The position numbers were made by a program, and so were the translations under genes. The notes below the pieces were generated by a model, which worked only from the letters and a program-made list of their open reading frames with translations, was not told where the DNA came from and made no database searches. A DNA stretch of 32,000 nucleotides from Candidatus Saccharimonadota bacterium (GTDB lineage: Bacteria; Patescibacteriota; Gracilibacteria; BD1-5; UBA6164), in NCBI GenBank assembly GCA_963677765.1, contig OY782392.1, positions 240,001 to 272,000 on the forward strand. Reading direction: 5' to 3'. Every line of letters begins with the position of its first letter. The first letter of the stretch is position 1. This document shows, piece after piece, positions 8,678-19,896 of this stretch.

Positions 8678-11121
8678 TTATTATCTATAGCCTTTTGTTG
8701 TTTAGCTAATTTTTCTTTTTCTTTGAAATCTTGCTTTTTCTTTTCCCAAGCAATTTCTTGTTTATCTAAATCATCTATTGAACTATATATTTTTGACTCA
8801 ACACTTTCTTTTGATTTAGAGTATTTTTCACGAGATACTTGTAGTATTTTTTGATATCTTTTTTTAAATGACTCTTCATTTTTCTTATTTGGAGCAAATG
8901 TAGATGCTGAAAAAACTCAAGAAGGCATTCAATCAATTAATTGTTTTGTATAAATATTATATTTTTTCAAATTCATCAAATCATCTTCATTTATATCTCA
9001 AGCTAAAACTTCTTTCAATATATTTGCATCGTGATATCAAACTTGAAAAGAAACAACAGATCAAACATTACCAAATACTGCTCATCTTACTGATTCTTGC
9101 ATTTGATCAATATATTGATTTGCCATAACAAGGTTTAGTTTATATTTTCTTGCCTCACTAAGAATAGTAGCAAAACTATCAGTAGCAAAGTTTTGAAACT
9201 CATCAACATAAAGATAAAAATCTTGTCTTTCTGATTCTGGAGTATCTGACCTACTCATGGCATCAATTTGAAACTTTGTTACCAACATGGCTCATAATAA
9301 AGCAGAAGCATCTTCTCAAATTTTTCACTTAGAAAGATTAACTATAATAATTTTTTTATTATCCATTGCCCATCTAATATTGAAGCTATTTTTGGGTTGT
9401 CATAATACATTTCTAAGTATTGAACTTGATAAGAATTGTCATACTTTGTTAAGTATAGGTCATACAGCTTCATTTCTTTGATTTGGAGCCATTTTAGCAA
9501 ATTCTCAAGTCCAAAACTTTTTAACCACTGGGTCTTTTATTTTATTTACAACTTTATTTCTATAAACTTCACTAGTAAGCATTAATGGTATAGAAATAAG
9601 TGTAGTATTTGGGTATTCTAATAAAGCTAAAATAGTATTTCTAAGTATATACTCCAACCTTGGTCACCAACTATCTCAAAATATTTTTTTAAATATTCAA
9701 ACTAATCATGAAGCAACCAAAGGTCTAAGTTCAGGGCTCACATTTTCTAGCATATTGAAAGCAATAGGCCAAGAAGTATCACTTGGATCAAAAATAATTG
9801 TTTGATTAGTTCTGCTTTTTGGTATAAATCATATTATAGATTCTGCTAAATCACCATGTGGATCAATTACAGCTACTCCTCTTCATTTTCTAATATCATC
9901 AATTATCATATTTTCCAAAAGAGTAGATTTTCACATTCATGTTTTTCATAAAACATACATATGTCTTCTTCTATCGTTTGGTCATATACCAAAACTCATA
10001 TTAGTTCATCTAAAATTAGTTTTTCAAATTGGAGTTAAATTTGTTTCTGGAACTATATCATCTGTTAAATCAGGATCTATTATTGGCAAATTAGATGGGG
10101 GTTCAAATGCACGAGAAGAAACCCAATTGATTTGTGGAGTTTTAACATAACTAGTAGGTAAATGAACTAATCAAGATAGCTCATTTGTAGATAATATTAT
10201 TGAATTATCTACTTTTCTTTTTTTAGCTCTATATATAGTTTCTTGATCATTATATATTCAATCTAAATCAAATGAATTAAGTCAAAAATATGAAAAAACT
10301 GACAATGTAGAAAATATTTCTCTAATAGTTCATTTTGATTCTACTTTGTCCTCTCAAGCATGTATGATATTTATTGATGTATCATATCAAGATAAACTAA
10401 GTTTATTTTTCATAAAGTTCAATACTGAATCTTTTTCATTATTAACAACTTCTCAATCTTCTGTATCTGCTTTTTTGAAAAATAAATTAATAAACCAGGC
10501 TAATATATAAAATGGGAAAAATAATATTTTAAAATATATATATTTATTACTAAGTAATATTTTTTTTATAAAACTAGGATATTTTGATAAAACTATTTTA
10601 ATTATATTATCTTGATTTTTTTTCCAATTATCATCTTTTAAAGGAGTAAAGTTTATTTGAAAAGTATTCAAAGTATATTTACCTGTTTTTGATAATGCTG
10701 ATGTAATACTAGAAAATGGATCTACTATATCATTACTAGCAGCTTCTTGAAGCTCAGTAAATGTTTTTATAGGATAATAATGATGTTTTGATAATGAAAG
10801 TTTTCATATATGTATTTTTGAATCTGGAATATTTTCCAAATAATCCCCTACTTCTATTATTTCTACATCTGTAAAATGTGCATATATTTGATTTGATAAA
10901 AAGTTGGCATATTTTCTTGGAGATACGATAAAAAACCTGATTCTGTTTCATACCTTTGTTATTTCAAAAGAAAAAGTAGGTTGAGAATCAGTTTTTTTGA
11001 ATATTTTCTTTGTAGAAAAATCTTCAAAAACCTTATGAAGTATAATTAAAATATGCTCAAATACTCATGGTCATTTGAGATTATTTTTATCTACTAGTAT
11101 TTCAAGAACAACTTTATTCAT
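8665..11121 (-). CDS. VirD4/TraD/TraG-like (type IV coupling protein-like, HerA/FtsK-superfamily) membrane ATPase, 818 aa
   Basis: ATG 11119-11121, TAA 8665-8667. Walker A is HMYVLGKTGMGKSTLL (all three G of GKTGMGKS are TGA) and Walker B is FYLYVDEFQNFAT. Also present: ILSEARKYKLNLVMANQYIDQ, typical of TraD/VirD4-like C-terminal modules, a central hydrophobic hairpin (YIYFKILFFPFYILAWFINLFF), and a K/E-rich tail. Confidence 0.75.
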
Positions 11122-11182
11122 ATTATTTTACTAGTTTTTAATATAATTAAATTTTACTATATTTTTACTAATTTATCAAATA

Positions 11183-11629
11183 TTAAAACAAAAACTTTTT
11201 TGCAAAAATTTTATGTAAACTACATTTAACTCTAATTTCAAACTCATCTAAGTCATAATCATCAAAAACAACAACACTATCACTATCTACCGATAAAAAT
11301 TTTTCATCAACTAAATCAGAATATTCATCATATAATCATACCCAAGTTATTCTATGATCATCTCACATTGGATGTGAATTATTTCATATAATAACTTCTA
11401 TAGAGAAATCATCTCTTGATACTTCTATATCATGTTCTAAATCAATTTTATCAACAGTATTTTCATCAATATATGTAACTTCTTCATTGATATGATGAAA
11501 ACTATCATACTCATTACAAACAGGACAAAACTCAAATTGATCAATTTTAGTTCAAGCTTCTATTCAATCTACTTCATCTCATATAGATTCATCATAAACA
11601 TAGTTACAATTAACACATAAATATTTCAT
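11183..11629 (-). CDS. rubredoxin-like domain fused to a superoxide reductase (neelaredoxin/desulfoferrodoxin-type) domain, 148 aa
   Basis: The N-terminus YLCVNCNYVYDES...FEFCPVCNEY has two CxxC knuckles. The C-terminus has LEHDIEV, SHPMGDDHRITWVGLY (HPMxxxHxIxW) and KCSLHKIF (CxxH), which matches the SOR iron-ligand pattern. Confidence 0.65.
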
Positions 11630-11691
11630 TTACTTGATTTTTAAATATAAAAGTTATTATTCATTATAGATTATAATAAAATAAAAAAATA

Positions 11692-12408
11692 ATGAAACAA
11701 TTTTTTGATAAACAAGATTTAGAAAAGCTAAAAAATAATCTAAAACTAAAAAATAATGAAAGCAATATAGAAAAAGAACTATATAATAGAAGTTATAAAT
11801 ACCTAAAATATATAAAGTTTTTACCATGATTATTAATGGTTTGAATATGAAACTCTATAGCTATGAATTGAGCAACAAAAGATAGTGATATAGACCTATT
11901 CATAGTAACTACAAAAAATACTATGTGGTTAAATAGAATAATAATAACTTTTATTTTTAGTATTTTATGAGTTAGAAAAACAGAGAAAAAACACGCAAAA
12001 ATGTTTTGCTTAAGTTTTTTTGCAACTAGTGATGGATTAGATTTTAATGATTGGAAAATAGAAAATGATATATATTTATACTATTGGATACTTACATTCA
12101 AACCAATAATAAATTATAATAAAACTTATGAAAAATTTATTTTCTTAAATGAAAAATGGACATCTCTTGATAAATACAAAGAAAAAATAGAAGAAAATAA
12201 AAAATATATATATTATAGTTGAAATAAAAATATTAACAATAAGTTTTTATGATTTTTTGATAATATAATAAAAAAAATATTCATAAAAAAAACTTATAAA
12301 ACCTACAATAAAATATGAAAACCTTATTGAATAATAATAAATAATAATTTATTAAAATTTCATAATAATGATATTAGAAAAAAGATAAAAAAAGAAATAT
12401 TAGATTAA
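11692..12408 (+). CDS. Pol-beta-superfamily nucleotidyltransferase-domain protein (238 aa)
   Basis: ATG 11692, TAA 12406-12408; frame checked line by line. GNSIAMNGATKDSDIDLFIVT fits the G[GS]-x(9-13)-D-x-[DE] nucleotidyltransferase signature. The remainder was not recognised. Confidence 0.55.
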
Positions 12409-12422
12409 TCTAATATTTCTTT
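12391..12422. terminator. 32-nt perfect palindrome; bidirectional terminator that also encodes both convergent C-termini
   Basis: aaagaaatattagatt|aatctaatatttcttt is centred between 12406 and 12407. The + stop is 12406-12408 and the - stop is 12405-12407. Confidence 0.7.
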
Positions 12423-13733
12423 TTTTAATAGTTTAACTTCAACTTTTCAAATTTTTGCATTATCTATATCCATAATTTTGAAAAGTAACTCTCTTTTATA
12501 TTGAGAATCATCTTCATAGTCCTTTAAAACATTGAACTGTATTTTTTGTCAATTTGAAGGAAATCAATCAAGTACATGAGTAATAACATAACTCAAAGTT
12601 TCTCAATCAAACTCCTTTGAATCCAGTCCTATATCTTCTAAATGTAAGTCATATTTTTCTAATATTTCTTCTATTAGTATATCACTTTCAACTCTATATT
12701 CTTCATTTCAAATTTCTATAAACTCTTCACTCTTTCTATCAGTTTCATCTCTTATTTCTCAGAAAACTTGTTCTATTATATCTTCAATAGTTACAAGTCA
12801 TGATACTCCTCCATATTCATCTATCAAAATAGCTAAAACTTTATATGAGCTTTGGAATGTATCTAGAAGTTTTGAAATAGATTGATTTGAAGGTACTTTT
12901 AAAACTTTTCTTAATTTTAAATCTTTTATAAGTTTTTGAGAATTACCATTTTTATATTCTCTAATAAGATCTTTTCAAGTAATAAAGTAATCTATTTTAT
13001 CAATTGTTTCAGTATAAACTGGTAGTCTAGTATGAGTATGAGTAAGATAATATTCTACAGCTTCTTCAACACTACAATCATCGCTTATAGCATCTATTTT
13101 AACTCTTGGAGTCATTATTTCTTCTACTATAGTTTCATCAAATTGAAGTATAGATTTGATTTTTGTATGTTCATTATCATCTAATCATCATGATTGTTTT
13201 CACATATCTATAAATGATTCTATTTCTTCATCAGTAATCATTTGAACTTTTTGTTTTCATGAAAAAACTTTTATAAGAATTTCCATAAAGACAATTAGAG
13301 GAAAAAGTATAAACATTAATACTTTATATATAGGAGCTACTGTCAAAGAGATTGATGCAGCATTTTTAGTTGCAATACTTTTTGGAATAATTTCTCAAAA
13401 AAGTAAAAGTAAAAATGTTATAACTCATGTTGATATTCATATTGCTGTTGATTCGGCAATTCAAAGTCATCAGTTTCTAGCTATACCTATAGAAATAGAG
13501 GTAGCCAAAGATGCTGTAAAAGTATTAACTAGATTATTTCATATCAATATAGTAATTAATAATCTATCGTTATTTTCTTTTATCTTTTTCAAAGATTTAG
13601 ATCAGTATTTTTTATTTTTTACTAAACTATCAATTTTATGTTCTGCTAAACTCATCAATGCTAATTCCGTTCAAGAGAAAAAAGCTGATAACATAAATAA
13701 AACTATAAAAAGCAATATGAGTAGGGGGTCCAT
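12405..13733 (-). CDS. CNNM/CorC-HlyC family transporter (DUF21 membrane domain + CBS pair + CorC_HlyC), 442 aa
   Basis: [93 protein letters not shown]. This is the classic TlyC/CorB-type layout. Confidence 0.85.
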
Positions 13734-13802
13734 TTTTAAAAAGTATTATAATTAAATTAAGTAGGCGTATTTTATTTATATTTTAGCTTTTGTAAAGAAA
13801 AT

Positions 13803-13832
13803 AAAAGTATGATTTTAAAAAATCATACTTTT
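13803..13832 (-). terminator. hairpin at the end of the minor-pilin operon
   Basis: aaaagtatgatttt (13803-13816) pairs with aaaatcatactttt (13819-13832). It overlaps the first two bases of stop codon 13831-13833. Confidence 0.6.
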
Positions 13833-15498
13833 ATTTATTTCATACCATAATAAAATTTTCTCATATATAGTTTTTTTCTCATCAAACAAGTACATGATTA
13901 ACCATTGTTTCTATGGTAGATGGATAAGAATCGTTTATAGGATTTATATATATTCTTCTTCATATTTCAGTTAAATCTCAACTAGAAGGAACTTCCTCTC
14001 AAATCATTCTTATAGCTAAGTTTTCATTTGCTCTATTTGTAAAATATATAGAATAATCTTTATCTCTAAAATTGAATTCAAACTCATTTCAAGTTTTATA
14101 TGTACTAAGAGATAATGTATTTCAGTTTAGTTGTAAATATCAATAATTTTCACTTAGATTAAAAGTTTCATATACATTTACTGGTAATAGAGTATTTCTT
14201 TCTCTATAAGCATCTCTATCAAATTCAATTATTTTTATATCATAATCAAGAGTACCATCCATTGTAAATAAATCAAATTTTAAATTTCATCTAGTAACAT
14301 CTCATGCTTTTACTGTTTTTATAGGATTATCACTATTAAAGATATTATCATCTATAAATTCATTTGTTAGATAGTTATTCCAATATATATTAAAAAACTC
14401 TTCTTGATTTGGTAATATACTAGAAAAAACTGTCATTCTTGGCAAGACATCATCATCTATAAAATCTCATGGATATGCAACTGATCAAGTTGAACTAGAT
14501 CTATAATCATCTGAGTTCATATTATCATCAATGAAATCATCTCAACCAACTCATGAGCTATCAAAATATAGGTCAGTATTGTCATCGTCGTTAAAAGTTG
14601 TTTCTATATACCATCTTTCTTCCCCTGTTCAACCCCATTCAGATATTTCTACAGATGTTATATTTAAAAACCTATTATATCAATCAGCTTCTATAATTAT
14701 TTTAGTTACTCCTAATCAAGTAGAAAAATATCAATAAGAAAAGTTTTTCTCAACAACACTATCATTTCTAACTCATGATACTGTTGTAACAAGTTCACTA
14801 CCATCTTCTAAAACCAATCTTATAGTTCAGTTATTCCAATAAGTACTAGAATTATTTACTTTTTTATAAATCGTTATTTTTGATAATATTTTAGGAGTAT
14901 TAAAATCCAACGCAAGACTTGGATCAGTTGATTTTTTAGAAAGGTATTGAGTATTATCATTACCATCAAATATTCTATCTGGACTTTGTGTACCACTATT
15001 TCAATCAGTTGTGTTAGTTAAATCTATACTAAGATTTGAATTTCAAATAACTTGTTCATCATAAAAAACTCAGTTATCAATATCTCTTAATTCTCAATTA
15101 TAATAAACTCTAGTATAATCTTGAGTTTCAGGATCAAAGAATAATCTTACTCCCTCTCAATTATACTCAAAATAACAATAAACCGTACCATAGTCATAGT
15201 ACATTTCTGAAGACATTCATTCTTGTCTAACTGTTGTTCAACTCATAGTTATATTAGTTGGACAAGATATAAAATCTGTAAAACCTCATCAGTTTCAATT
15301 ATATTGCCTAACAGATTCTATATTTATGTTTCATTTATCTGTAATCATAGCAAAAACCTCTTCTGCATTTCTTCAGATACTGATATTATTATTCATAATA
15401 TATGTATTATTATAAACAACATATCAAATTATTAGTGCTATATTTATAAGTATAAGAGTATAAACAAAAATACTTGCTCTTTTTTTGTTTGATTTCAC
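13831..15498 (-). CDS. PilX-N-like membrane-anchored protein with a discoidin/galactose-binding-like domain (555 aa); GTG start
   Basis: GTG 15496-15498 directly follows an in-frame TAA; TAA stop at 13831-13833. The N-terminus KSNKKRASIFVYTLILINIALIIGYVVY resembles the PilX-type hydrophobic anchor and has no E5. The central region IFDGNDNTQYLSKKSTDPSLALDFNTPKILSKITIYKK...ITSVEISEWG resembles the F5/8-type-C (CBM32-like) pattern. Confidence 0.6.
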
Positions 15499-15510
15499 TT
15501 TTTAGAAATA

Positions 15511-16149
15511 TTAAAAAACTAAACTATATTCATCAATTATAAGATCATCTAAATAAAAATCTTCAAAATTTTCATCAAATAATGAATCATCATATAGATT
15601 TATTACACTATAATACATGTTTACTGATGCTCAACTTCAAAATGATTCTACTCTAAAATCTTTTGTTCTCAAATCTTGAAAAATCTTATCAAGGAAAAAC
15701 TTTTTATTATATATTTCATCAGGATTATTTCCTATATCTATCATCTCATCTGGAGTCAAATATCTATATCATAAAAAATTATCCCCATATAAATAATTTC
15801 TTTGAATTAGATTAGTATTTATATCTACTATTCAAACAAGTATTCATTCTGATCAATCTAGTTTTTCTAAATACAAAACATTATTTGGATTTTGAGCTCA
15901 TGTATAACCAGGTTCAGTAATTCAACTAAAAACAACTACGTCTGAGTATCATCATCTAATAAATCTTTGCATAACGTCTTTGAACTCAAATCATTGTTCC
16001 ATAGAACTAATTTTTACATCATTTGTCACAAGTTCTTCAACACTATCAGTTATAAAAACAAATATAACAAGAAACAATATACTAGATATAGCTATTGTTG
16101 TTATTAGTTCTACTAGTGTAATAGCTTTATTATTTTTAAAAAATTTCAC
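15511..16149 (-). CDS. minor type IV pilin-like protein (212 aa); GTG start
   Basis: GTG 16147-16149, TAA 15511-15513. KFFKNNKA|ITLVELITTIAISSILFLVIFVF is a class-III signal-like segment (A-1, E+5). Lies 12 nt upstream of the next gene. Confidence 0.65.
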
Positions 16150-16211
16150 AATTACAAAAAATTAATTATATTATTTACTAAATATAATATATATATTAAT
16201 CATTTTGTAAA

Positions 16212-17558
16212 ATGAAAAATAATAAAAGGGCCGACTCTATAGCCTGAATAATAATTGCAGTTTTTATATTGTCTTTTGCTTTAATGGGAATAATAAATGT
16301 TTTGGACTACAATAAAGATGTTACTCTAAATTATGAAAAAGAAACATGAGAATATATACTAAAATCAAATGCTCAAAATATTCTTAAAAATATAGATATT
16401 TCAAAAATAAAACAAGATGAAATTTTTTATATAAATAAAAACAATACTACAAAAGAATATGAAGTTCTAACTTGAGCTACAAATGAAAGATACAAATATA
16501 TAGACATCAATTGAGATAATGTTGATCCTAGTGTAGCTGTATGAAAAACTTTTGAAAGATATTTTCAAAAAAAGATTGATATACTTAGACATGATATAAA
16601 ACCACCTGAAATTGACAATCTAGTATTTCACTTCGATGCAAATAATATAGATGGATATAATAATTCTACTATAAGCAATTGAGATACTGTAAGTGTTTGG
16701 AAAAATCTAGCAAATAACTGAGTTCCAGATGCTGTTGACAAAAACAACATATCAACATTCAGTTCTACATATAGCTCTCAATTACCTACTTATAACAAAG
16801 ATTGATTAAATAATAAACCAATGGTAGAATTTAACTGAGTAGATCAAATGTTAGCTATGGAAGTATCTCCTGAAGTAAGTTCAAACTATTTATCATGTTG
16901 AATAGAACCTATTTTTTTCGAAGAAAAATCATTTGCTATAGTTTTTAAAACATGAGGTGATATAGTAAATAGTCAAATGGTTTATGAACAATGATGAGAT
17001 GCTATTTGATATAATTTTATGATATTTGAATGAGAAGTATGGGCCTGAATTCATAACTATGCAACTTATAATAAATATTGGTGTGCTTGAGATAGAATAC
17101 CATATGAATGGTCTCCTTATAAAAATAGAGCTGTTTATTTATGAGATGTTTTACCAGATACAATTTATTTCGTAATGGTAGTTCATGACAGTACAAATAA
17201 AGATTTATTATGAAATCCTATACCTAGTGATAACAGATTAAAAATATATTTAAATTGAATTCTAGTTAGAGAAGTTGATAATGTAATGCCTCAATGAGAA
17301 CATTTTCACTGATGAATATGAAATATTTTCAATAGAAATGTTAATCCAAAAAATTGAGATTTAATTGATGATTCATGAAGTAATAATGCTGCATATTTTC
17401 AAGGAGGTATATGAGAACTTATTTCACGGAATCATGCACTAACTGAAAATGAAATAAGATGAGTACAAAATTATTTTAGTGAAAAATGGTTATGATGAAC
17501 TTCTAGTATAAGATATGATATAGTAAATACATATATAAACGAATACAAACAATATTAA
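16212..17558 (+). CDS. membrane-anchored LamG/concanavalin-A-like lectin-domain protein (448 aa), probable pilus-associated
   Basis: ATG 16212, TAA 17556-17558. Has an N-terminal hydrophobic anchor (RADSIAGIIIAVFILSFALMGII). The C-terminal motif AAYFQGGIGELISRNHALTENEIRGVQNYFSEKW is typical of bacterial Laminin_G_3 domains. Lies 20 nt upstream of a pilin gene. Confidence 0.6.
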
Positions 17559-17578
17559 AAATTAAACAAAAACAAAAT

Positions 17579-18385
17579 ATGAAAAAAAATTATAATTGAT
17601 TTTCTTTTGTCGAACTAATAGTAAGTGTAGCTATTTTAGCAGTAATAAGTACTATATGATTTATATCATATAGTAGCTACCTTTGAGATTCTAGAGATTC
17701 TCAAAGAAAATCTGATTTAGCACAAGTATGATCTGCACTAAAAGTATACAAACAAAAGAGATGATACTATCCAGATCCATGAAATGATTTTTCTATAACT
17801 CATTTTTGAGAAGAAGTTGCAAAACAAGGTAAATTTGACCAATGAGTTAGATTAAATACATTAGACAAACTACCAATGGACCCAAAAAATCAAGTAGCAT
17901 ATCAATATTCTATAACTAGAAATGGACAAGAATACGAAATGGTAGCAACTTTAGAAAACGAAGATAGCCCTATAGCATTATTGAATGGTACATATAAAAC
18001 AGCATCTGTAAATGTATTGCCTTCAATAAGCCTTGCTATATCAAGAGAAACAACTCAAACTGCTGAAATAGCAATATGACAAACAGATAGTGAATGAATA
18101 GACTGAAGTGAAAATAGAAACAGATTTATATTTGATTCTCAAGACCATAACCTTGCTTATACATTTGAAGAACCATATAATCACAAATCAGACTGAACTG
18201 ATTTAGATACAATAATTGCTGATTTAAGAACAAAAAATCTATTTTGGCAAAATACAGATTTTAGAAATTGTGCAGAGATTAAAGAATCTTGAAAAAATTT
18301 AAAACCTGATAATAGATCAACTCAATATCAAGTTATAGATAGTACAACTTGAGATTTAAGAAATGAAAATTGTATTTTTAACTAA
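17579..18385 (+). CDS. type IV pilin / GspG-like pseudopilin (268 aa)
   Basis: MKKNYNG|FSFVELIVSVAILAVISTIGFISYSSYLGDSRDSQRKSDLAQVGSALKVY, then ...LPMDPKNQVAYQYSITRNGQEYEMVATLEN. A C-terminal Cys pair (NCAEI...NENC) is present. 14 of 17 Gly codons are TGA (hand count). Confidence 0.85.
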
Positions 18386-18419
18386 AAAAATAAGTAGAGA
18401 ATTCTCTACTTATTTTTTT
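18384..18419. terminator. 36-nt perfect palindrome between the pilin gene and hisS
   Basis: aaaaaaataagtagagaa|ttctctacttattttttt. The pilin stop is at the left edge and the hisS stop (18410-18412) lies inside the right arm. Confidence 0.65.
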
Positions 18420-19729
18420 ATGTTTTTAACAATATCAGATATTTTAACTTCTATTTGTTCTCATAGTTCTAGATTTTTTAATTGAACAATTCAATTATTA
18501 AATTCCTCAGAACCACAAATTATAACATATCTTATATTTTTATTATTGGCATATTTTAGTTGTTTTTGAATTTTTGTATCAGAATCTAAATAAATTTCAC
18601 TATTAATTCATGAGTTTCTTAAATCTTTTAATATAGATAGATTTCAAGACAAAGTATCTTCTCACATATTTACTATCATAACTTCAGATGTAGTTTTAGA
18701 TCAAATTGTTATTTTTCACAAGTTATTCAAAACTGATAATAATCTAGTTAATCATATACTACCCCCTACTCATGGATAAGAGTTCTTTGTAAAATTAGAT
18801 GCTAAATTTTCATATCTACCTCATGAAGATATACTTCAAAGTTTTTCTTCTCAAGATATAAAAGTTTCAAAAACAGTACCAGTATAATAATTTAATCATC
18901 TAGATATAGCAGGGTTTATTTTTATATAATATTCTTCTACTCATAGAGAAATCAAATTTTCATAAACAAATTTTAATTCTTTTAATCAAGTTTTTAACAA
19001 TTCGTTAGAACTTTGTGAATAAATTTTTATTAAATCTTCGCTAGTTTTATCCTCTCAATTGGCTATAAATTCAAATATTGATGAAATTTGTGAATCATTT
19101 AATCAAACTCAAATAAATAATTCTTGTAACTTATCTTTTCTTAATTTATCTTTTTTATCAATTATAGATATTGTTCCAACTATATCTGATATTTCCAAAG
19201 TTTCTAAAAATCATTCTAAAAACTTTTTATTATTTATATTTATAACAAACTTTCAAAAATCTAATTCTCTTAATGAGTTATAAATAGTTGTTAATATTTC
19301 AACATCTGCAAAAAGTGGTAATTTTCAGTTTCAAATAATATCTATATCTGCTTGATAAAACTCTCTATATCTTCCCTTTTGTGGTCTTTCTCATCTATAA
19401 ACTCTAGATATATGTTGTCTTTTAAAAGGAAAAGTTAATTCTCACTCATACATTGCAACATAACGAGCAAGAGGAACAGTTAAATCAAATCTTAAACCAA
19501 GTCATTTATCATCTCAAACCTCTCAGTTTACTCTATGAATTCAATAAATCTCATTATCATCAGCTCATTTAGATAATAATACATCTAATCTTTCTAGAAC
19601 TGGTGTATCTATTGGTGTGAATCATGATAAACTATAATTTTTTTTGATTATATTTTTATATTTTTCTTCTACTAACTGAAACTCTGGTAAATTGTCTTGA
19701 AATCAAGAAATAGCTTGTGCCTTTATCAT
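18410..19729 (-). CDS. hisS: histidine--tRNA ligase (439 aa)
   Basis: Motif 2: [27 protein letters not shown] (19358-19396 region). Also RFDLTVPLARYVA, GLNYYTGTVFE and GGRYENL. Confidence 0.9.
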
Positions 19730-19896
19730 TATAAATAATAAGTTAAATATATAATTTTTATATATAGTAACTAAAATTATCAAAAAATAAACCTATTTTT
19801 CATAAAATAAAATGATAATATTTGTTTTTTTGATAAAATTGTAATATTATTAATAATGAATAAATAAAATTTTTAACAAAATAATCAATAAGTATT

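Noticed and set aside
8665-11121. Calling the coupling-ATPase region an integrative conjugative or other mobile element.
   Set aside because: No integrase, relaxase, other T4SS components, flanking direct repeats or tRNA attachment site are visible in the window. One ATPase gene is not enough to call a mobile element.
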